Source: Eledone cirrhosa
Lineage: Eukaryota
Assembly (NCBI GenBank): GCA_964016885.1
Contig: OZ024742.1
Location: 278,690,001 to 278,754,000, forward strand
Direction of reading: 5' to 3'
DNA: 64,000 nt
The position numbers and the translations under genes are program-made. This document shows positions 56,755 through 64,000 of the stretch, piece by piece (the stretch's first letter is position 1; each line of letters begins with the position of its first letter). The notes beneath the pieces are model-generated. The model saw only the letters and a list, made by a program, of their open reading frames with translations. It searched no databases and was not told the origin of the DNA.

Positions 56755-57004
56755 TTTCTTTATTAACCACAAGGGTTTACATAAAGTAGACATTAAGGAC
56801 AGTGCAGGACAATACGGTACGGTACAAATGGGCATTTCTGCGTGTAAAAAAACAAAAACAGAGGATGTAACAAACAAATAACAATGAAAAATTCCCCAAT
56901 AGGGGGAAGACTTCGGAGGGACATTTGTGGAGGAAGCCTAGTAAAAGGCCACAGTGACCCTGACCACCAAGGCAAGTGCCCTCTCCCAGTTTTCCACCTT
57001 TAAT

Positions 57005-60000
57005 TTACAGATATATACTCAGAGTAGGCCCATTCACACGGGCCATTCTTGCTTCTCTCACCCATCTTTCAACAAAATGCTGGGAAGAGAGCACTTCCCT
57101 CTCTACTCTGATTTTCCTTTTCAAATGAAATTTGAAAAAGTCAATCAGGGCATCACCGAAGAGGTAAGTGCTCGTCTTCAGCCCTTTCAAACGTGTCCAC
57201 CATACTATCTCTTTCGCCATGGCCACCAGACAGATAAAAACTGCCTGCCCTTCCCGGCTAAAGGAGGAGGGCGGGGCAATCCTCACGATGGACTCAGATG
57301 ATAGCCGGATCCGTCCTACACGCGACAGCAGGTGTTCGACATAAACCCACAAGTCAGCATTTTCAGACACTGGACGAGTGCGTGCAGGACGGTTTCGTCG
57401 CCCTGCGCGCACCTCGGACATTCCGGGCTGATGGCACCTCCATGCCTGTAGAGTTTATCCCGAACTGGCAAGGCTCCTCGGTAGCACTGCCAGGCCAGAG
57501 ATTTCTGGAAGTTGTCCATAGGCCCTGGCCCGAAAGTTCTTCCGAAGAGATTGGCTAGTTGATTTTCGTCGACGCCTAGAGTTTCTCCAAGTACGTCGTC
57601 GCTCTCCCCCTCCACTAATCCTCTATAGAACGCCGAGGTGGAGTTTCCACCGATCACATTGCCCGATTGGTCGAGGGCTGTGAGCGCCTGAAGACATTCC
57701 AGTCTCCAGGCGCTCTCTCTCGGTCTTCGCTTGACCCAGGACTGCAGCTCCGTCAAGGAAACGAGCTGGGGAAATACGTGTCTAGCAAACGGTGACCACA
57801 CCTGAGCACCGTCGAGGAAGAGGTGGAGATGTCGTAGCCTGAGCGCGTGTCTGCGCATCATCAGCCACGGCAATCCCAGCCCTCCACGTAGCGAGTGTTG
57901 ACAGCAGATGGACCGCCTGACCATCGGAACGCGTCCCTTCCACAAAAAGCGAAAGAGCAAACGCTCCAGCGCAGTCAGGCGGGGCTTAGGACAAGGTACG
58001 ACGGTCAGGCGGTAGCAGATGACAGACGCGATGTACGCGTTAGCCACCTCCGCTTGACATTTCAGGGATAGCTTCCTCTCCGCCCATTTCTGGGTGAGAG
58101 AAGCCACCTTGCTCGTCACCTCGTCCCAGTTTTTGTCCGTCTGGTGGTCCGGACCGAACCAGACCCCTAGCAATTTAACCGGTCCGTCCATCCAGCGTCC
58201 GACGACACTGTTAGACGGCATGGACCTGCCTCTCCAGGTGCCGAGCTGCAGGCCCACTGACTTTTCCTGGTTGATCATTGCTCCTGTCACCGCTTCGTAT
58301 TCACTTAGTGTAGTGCCGATCGCCTCGATGTTTTTGGCGTTCGACACCACTACGGTGACATCGTCCGCATATGCTGACACGGATCTTCCGCATCCTAGTT
58401 CGCGCGGGACACCCCTCAACGTCTCCAGTTTGTGCAGTAATGGCTCGAGAGTCAATACGTACAAGAGGGACGAGAGGGGACATCCTTGGCGGACCGAGCG
58501 CATGATGTTGAACGGTTCCGACAGGTGACCGATCACTCTCACCACAGAGCAGATGTCGCTGTGCATGGCAGCGATCCAGCCTCTGAAGACGGGCCCAAAG
58601 CCAGCCGCCCTCAGGACTGCCGCTAGGTAACGATGGTCGACCCTATCGAAAGCTTTCGACTGATGTAAATTGATCAAGGACCCACCCGTGCCAGGTTCCC
58701 TAGCTACCCTCTCTACGATGTATCGCATGAGGTGGAGGTTGTCGTGGATGGATCTGTCGGGAAAGGAGCATGTCTACGCCTCTCCCACCAGACCACCAAC
58801 GACAAGCGCCAACCTCTTTGCTAGCACCTTGGCCAAAATCTTGAACTCTGTGTTTAGCAGAGTTATGGGCCGGACATTATCTATGTTATCCCCCTTGTTC
58901 GGATCCTTTCTCAGCAGTGCCACCGCTCCTCGGCTCACAGAACTGGGAATTCTCCCGTTCTGTTGCCAGTTGCAGTAGTCGTCCGCCAAGAGGGCTCCGA
59001 ACAAGTCTGGCATCTGTACGTAAAGTTCATAGGGCAGACCACCCAAACCAGGCGATTTACCCCTTGTGCAGCCAGTCATTGCCTCCCTTACTTCAGCGGC
59101 TGTTATCGGCTTTTCGCAACACTCCGCCTCAGTGGCCGAGAGCCGCGGCAGTCCGTCGAGGTAGACACTAAAGTCCATCCCTCGACCCGGCCTACCGCTG
59201 CTCCCGAACATCTGAGCGAAGTGTCGCTGAAAAGCTTCACACATTTGCCCGGGATCGAGTAGCATGCGCCCGTCGTGGTCCACCAAAGACCGGATCGTGG
59301 CTTTGTTGCCACGACGCGCCTCCGCCACTCGGGCCCATTGAACGGCTTTCGTCCCCTCGTTTCTAAGAGCACGCACCCTAGCTCTGACAACGCAGCCTTC
59401 GTGCTTTGCATTGAAGAATTGGTCAAGGGCCAATTTCGCCGCAAGCACGTCGGTCGCAATGCCTTTGCTAAGCGCCTCGTCTAATTTTCTAACTAGTTCT
59501 CCCTCTGCTCTATTTTTCTCTATTGCTAAAGCCTTACTAAACCTAATCGATTCTATTCTAATCGCTCTTTTCAGAGCAAACCACCACTTGTTGTTGACGA
59601 TGGCCCCCGTCAACGCCCGCTTAACTAGTTCGCTAATCCGGTCTCTGTAGGCCTTGCGCGCTGGTAAGGACGCGTTTAGCTTCCAGTAGCCGGGTCCTCG
59701 TCTATGAAGCCTATCTAAGTCAAGCACACAGATCACGAATTTGTGGTCCGTGTAGCTGACTATCTTGAATTGTGGACAGCCTATGCTAGACCTATCTATT
59801 TCCCTACAAAATACTCTATCTAGATATGATCTGGATGACCCTATGCGATTTGTCCAAGTCCACATTGGCACATTCGGTACCTGTCAGACAGTTCAAAACG
59901 CCTGAGCAGGTTGGTGAGGCTCTTGCACCCTCCACCCCTATCCGCTAATCCCACACAGTCCCAGCGTGCATCTAAGATCCCGTTCCAGTCGCCCACTAAC

Positions 60001-60410
60001 ACTAAAGAGCGGGACGTTCCAAGAAAGGTCTCCAGACGCCGGAAGAAATCAGGCCGCCCTGCTCCTGTCGGGGCATAGACGGCCACTAGCCTGAGAGCTT
60101 GCCTCTCTCCGCTGGTCACGTCCAGCACCACCAACTTACCCTCTGGGTCCAGCAAGATGGCCCGTATGGCGAGATCCAAACCTCTCCGAAAAAGCACAGC
60201 AACTCCTCCCCCCGATCCCGGACGGCTGGGAGATGCGTAAACATCGCAGCCGCCGAAGATCGGTGCGAAGGCCCGTGCTTCGGAGATTCTGGTCTCGCTG
60301 ATGGCCACTACATCTACGTTTAGTGACCTGAGGTCGTTGAGCAGGTGACCCTGCTTCCATGACAACCCCAAGCCACGCGCATTTATGCTGCCTATTCTGA
60401 GTGAGGTCAT
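57005..60410 (-). pseudogene. Tx1 ORF2 (APE endonuclease, RT, C-terminal Zn finger), frameshifted near 59870, 58770 and 57320
   Basis: IGSINARGL, AISET, VYAP, GDWN, SYLDRVF, YTDHKFV, GYWKLN, RPITLLNTEFKI, KAFDRVDH, RQGCPLS, YADD, CPRC...ETVLHAL.QC. Confidence 0.92.
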
Positions 60411-60517
60411 GTTTAAAATGGAGTGGAAAAGATGGGAAAGACCACTTACTCTACTTTTCGTAGAGGAAGGATGGTTTCTCTATCCCTTTTCACTTGATCG
60501 TCTGGTGAAGGGACCGT

Positions 60518-62177
60518 TTAATCGTCCCTTCGGCTGGTCGTCGGCTCTTCTATTAGTATGTCCGAATATACTCTCCGTTTGAGAATCCCTCCTAGGTCTC
60601 TGAAATCACCAACTGCGTTGGGGAATTTCGTTTTAATGTTTGTGTATTGTTTCTGTGCTATTTTTACCAGTCTTATGTTCGTTGGCGTTCTGATTGGTGC
60701 TGGTATTATGTAGTCGTGCTGTGAAATGTCTGTGTGTTCAATTATGTAAGTCATTAGTTTCTTGTTGTGTGTATTAATTGCCGTGCACTTGTTTTTCTGA
60801 TGGTGGGGTGTGGTTCTGCTATTTTCTTGTCGTTGTTGCTGGGTGTGTGTGTTTTGTTGTTGGGTTTGCGATGTTGGTGTTTGTGGTGGTGGTGTTGAAG
60901 GTGTTGTTGTTGTTGGCGATGGGGTTGTCGCCGGTGGTGATGCTGGTGCTAGTGTGGGTGGTGATGGTGTTGGTGGTGTTGCTGCTGTGAGTCTCTTTGC
61001 AGTAGCCTTTACCCTTTTTTCATTTCTTTCCTCCCTTTTCGAAGGCGACGATGCGCTGCTTCGGCGTCTGTGCCTTCTTACGACCTTTTGTCATCCCTCT
61101 CCCACCTCACACTCCATGTCCGATTCTGTGAGGTCGGGGAGGGGTACCAGCTCCACTCTTTCACTTGTTGTTGTTGGTGATGTTTGCAGTGGTGTCTCTG
61201 TTGCAGCTGCATTTGGTATTACTGTTGTTGTTGTTAATACTTCCACTGCTGCTGCTGTTCTTGATTTCCGTGGCGTGGGTGTGGGTGCCACGGATCTATC
61301 GTTCCTGGTTGCCGCTTGTCCTGTTGCTGGTAGCCGTGGAGCCGGTTTCGGAAGGAGGGGGGTTTTGTCCTTTCTCAGGGTCTTCTCGTTGCAGAAGGCC
61401 TTGAGGTGAGTCTTCGATCCACAGCGAAAGCATTTCGGGCGTTTGCCCTCAACACTTATGGGTAGTTGAGTGCCGTTATCGAAGTCTATCACATCCGGGA
61501 TAGCTTCGATGCACTCCTGGTTGGTTTGGATTAACATCTCAATGGAGGTGCCGACCCAATCTTCTCTTACTTTTTTCTGTACTTGCAGTACAGTTGTTTT
61601 GTCCTCGATTCCGACGAGGACAGACGCGGCCAGCCAAGAAGGGGCCATCCGGGGGGGGGGGTCAGTTTGACCCTCACAAATTTTGACCCGCAGTAGGAGG
61701 GCACCAACACCATTTCCTCGCTCCTTAGGGTCACTAAGGATTGAGCCTTTTCCTCCTGGGGTGTGGCAAAAAGCACGTCTACGGTGGCGTATTTCTTGCC
61801 TCGGGTGATATGCGTTTTCCGCTGCCGCACAGACCGTAAGGCTTTTTGTATTTGAGCCTCTGTGGCTCTTTCAACCCTACGGGATTTTGTGCTTACTCTA
61901 CGGTACGTAACCGTACAGTGCTGTTGGGTTTAGACAAAATTTTCGGCTGCCTTGCAGATTGCTCGGTGTCCGGTTTTCGTCACCATCTTCTTCGCTCCCT
62001 GTAATTCCTCATTTGTTATGAGGATGGTTTCCAGGTTCTTTGAGATACCTGCAAACGAGATTGGTTTTTCTTTGCTGCTGTTGGTGTTGTTGTTGTTGTT
62101 GTCGTCAGAGCTGCTGTTACTTTTGTTGTTGCTGCAGGTACTACGACTACTGCCGCCTCCGCTGTTGCTGTGGTTGT

Positions 62178-62209
<32 letters not shown>

Positions 62210-62370
62210 TTGCTGCTAATGCTGTTGTTGTTTATGATGCTGCTGATGCTGTTGCGGCTGCTACTGTTGTTTTCCTTGTCACTGTTGCTGCTGCTGCTGT
62301 TATTACGGCTGCTACTGCTATTATTCATGACGTCAGACGAATGAAATGGGTTTTCGTATTTCCCGCACAC
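60518..62370 (-). pseudogene. Tx1 ORF1 (gag-like, CCHC zinc knuckle), disrupted, with in-frame CAA/CAG microsatellite
   Basis: RPKCFRCGSKTHLKAFC; pieces 61930-62370, 61567-61830, 61091-61648 and 60518-60754. Confidence 0.75.
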
Positions 62371-62746
62371 CTATTGCGTCGTTGTTGTCGTCGTCGTGGA
62401 GAAATGTTGCACGCTTTGCACGTGATTTTTCTTTACTGGCGTCGCTTGCGAAAGAGAAGGGAGGGAGAGAGAGACATTTAGAGAAGTGAGGGAGAGAGAC
62501 AATCTTCTCTCTGCTGTAGTGACGATAGTGTAGGGAAGAAGAAGACGGAATTATTTTTCGTAGCCATGTTTTTTTTTGTTTAAAATAAAAATTATCGGTT
62601 ATGTAACCCCGAAGGGCCAAATAACGGGCAGGAGGAGGGTGTTTTTGTCTACAATTTGGTTAAAAGTTTTAAACAATTTACAATTGTTATAGCGGTCAAA
62701 ATTTACAATACCTTACAGAGCCGAGCCTCCGTCAACCATGGCATTC

Positions 62747-62841
62747 AATAATAATAATAATAATAGTAATAATGTTTCGACATTTGGCACAAGACCAGCA
62801 ATTACCCCAGTGCATTACTGGTGCTTTACTGGGGTAATTGC
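62747..62841 (-). mobile_element. SINE S1 3' end with a short inverted duplication; its (ATT)n tail abuts the Tx1 5' end
   Basis: aataatgtttcgacatttggcacaagaccagcaattaccccagtgcattactggtgcttt, then actggggtaattgc. Confidence 0.75.
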
Positions 62842-62910
62842 ATGATGACGCGTCTGCTGATATTGATGGTGATGATGATATTGATGGTGATGACAATAAT
62901 AATAATAAAT

Positions 62911-62983
62911 AGAAGAAGAAGAAGAAGAAGAAGAAGAAGAAGAAGAAGAAGAAGAAGAAGAAGAAGAAGAAGAAGCATTATGC

Positions 62984-63021
<38 letters not shown>
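62911..63021. repeat. (AGA)n and (GAT)n microsatellites
   Basis: Direct reading. Confidence 0.95.
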
Positions 63022-63023
<2 letters not shown>

Positions 63024-63332
63024 GAAGCAGAGGCTTTGAGAGCAATTTAGTATCATGCATCGCAATACATTGAAACAATTAATTACATAAAACGACAAAA
63101 ATCAGCGATCTTTACAGAAAATAAGTGGTGTTTAATAAGAGAAAAATGTGGGTGGTATGTTTGGATTGTATCATAGAAAAGCCTTCAAAATGTAACAGAA
63201 ATAGGGACCGATATTCAATAAGTATAGCATAAATACAATAATACAATTTCTATCCACACACATTTGAAAACTCACTGCATATGTTGAGATAACGCATCGA
63301 AATCAATAAGCAAATAAATAATAAATCAGTAG

Positions 63333-63466
63333 ATGGTGCAGTTATGGCTGTGGGTTAAGAGGTTCGCTGTTAACGTGGGCAACTGTCTTCTACTAAAGCC
63401 TCAGGCTGATCATTGCCCTGTGAATGGAATGGGGCAAACAGAAACTGTAGAAACCCGTCGTATATA
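63333..63466 (+). mobile_element. Decayed SINE of a second family
   Basis: tRNA-like head atggctgtgggttaagaggttcgct; 3' gaaactgtagaaacccgtcgtatata. Confidence 0.5.
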
Positions 63467-63677
63467 CATTTATATTTATGGAGGTGCGTTTTCATTTGTG
63501 GTTGTGTTTATGTCACAAATTAGCGTTTCGATAAAAGAAACAAGTAGTTTGACAAATAGGGACTGAGGTTGATATGTTCCGACCTGGAAAGGGATAGACT
63601 CCACTAGGGTTAAAATGTGACGGAGTCCCTACGACTCCACCAGAAGTTAAGAGCCATCGTATTATTTTATGTAACTA

Positions 63678-63904
63678 GGGCGGTGGATTGGCAATATCGG
63701 TAGATGGTCGGGCGTCATGCTTTGCAGCATAGATATGTGGCCCTTTATGATCAGAGTTCGAATCCCGCCGAAGTTAACTTTGCCTTTCATCTTCACTGGG
63801 TCGATAAAATAAAGTACCAATCACGCACTGAGGTCGATTTATTCGACTTAACCCCTCCCTCAAAATTGCTGACCTTGTGCCTATCTATATAAGAAACCAT
63901 TATT
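63678..63904 (+). mobile_element. SINE S1, full length
   Basis: gggcggtggattggcaatatcggtaga...gagttcgaatcccgccgaagttaactttgcctttcatc...agaaaccattatt. Confidence 0.85.
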
Positions 63905-64000
63905 TCACGTAGCCTATTTCGTATACAAAGATCAATCGACTCTCTGGCCATTCCCTACTACCCTTAGGGTCAATATTGACCTCTTTGAATTTGCTAACCT

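Larger units (their letters stand above)
56753..62746 (-). mobile_element. Near full-length Tx1/L1-clade non-LTR retrotransposon (~6 kb) flanked by (ATT)n on both sides
   Basis: ORF1 pieces with a CCHC knuckle; ORF2 APE-RT-Zn finger; 3' AATAAAGAAATC(ATT)n; upstream (ATT)n at 62747-62773. Confidence 0.9.

Overview
Gene-poor, repeat-saturated eukaryotic DNA. The SINE type and microsatellite load suggest a cephalopod (Octopus-like) genome; this is inferred, not shown. No intact host gene was found, and nearly all listed ORFs are repeat artefacts. 0.3-16.8 kb is a strand-biased satellite built on ACTAC, stepping up from 5-mers to 25/30-mers, 60-mers and ~1 kb and ~5.4 kb higher-order copies. 17-64 kb is a nest of transposable elements: three decayed Penelope-like elements (PLEs; RT plus C-terminal GIY-YIG), each with an inverted pseudo-LTR (pLTR) and minimal hammerhead motifs; a near full-length Tx1/L1-clade LINE plus fragments; an R4/Dong-like C-terminus; RTE remnants; a non-autonomous Helitron; mariner-type ends; and about ten tRNA-derived SINE copies. 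Two patterns stand out. First, a set of short non-coding fold-back or terminally redundant elements sits in (TA)n tracts, and several carry minimal hammerhead motifs (retrozyme-like PLE parasites). Second, a Tx1 LINE and a SINE share a 3' tail and chain head-to-tail through each other's (ATT)n tails.
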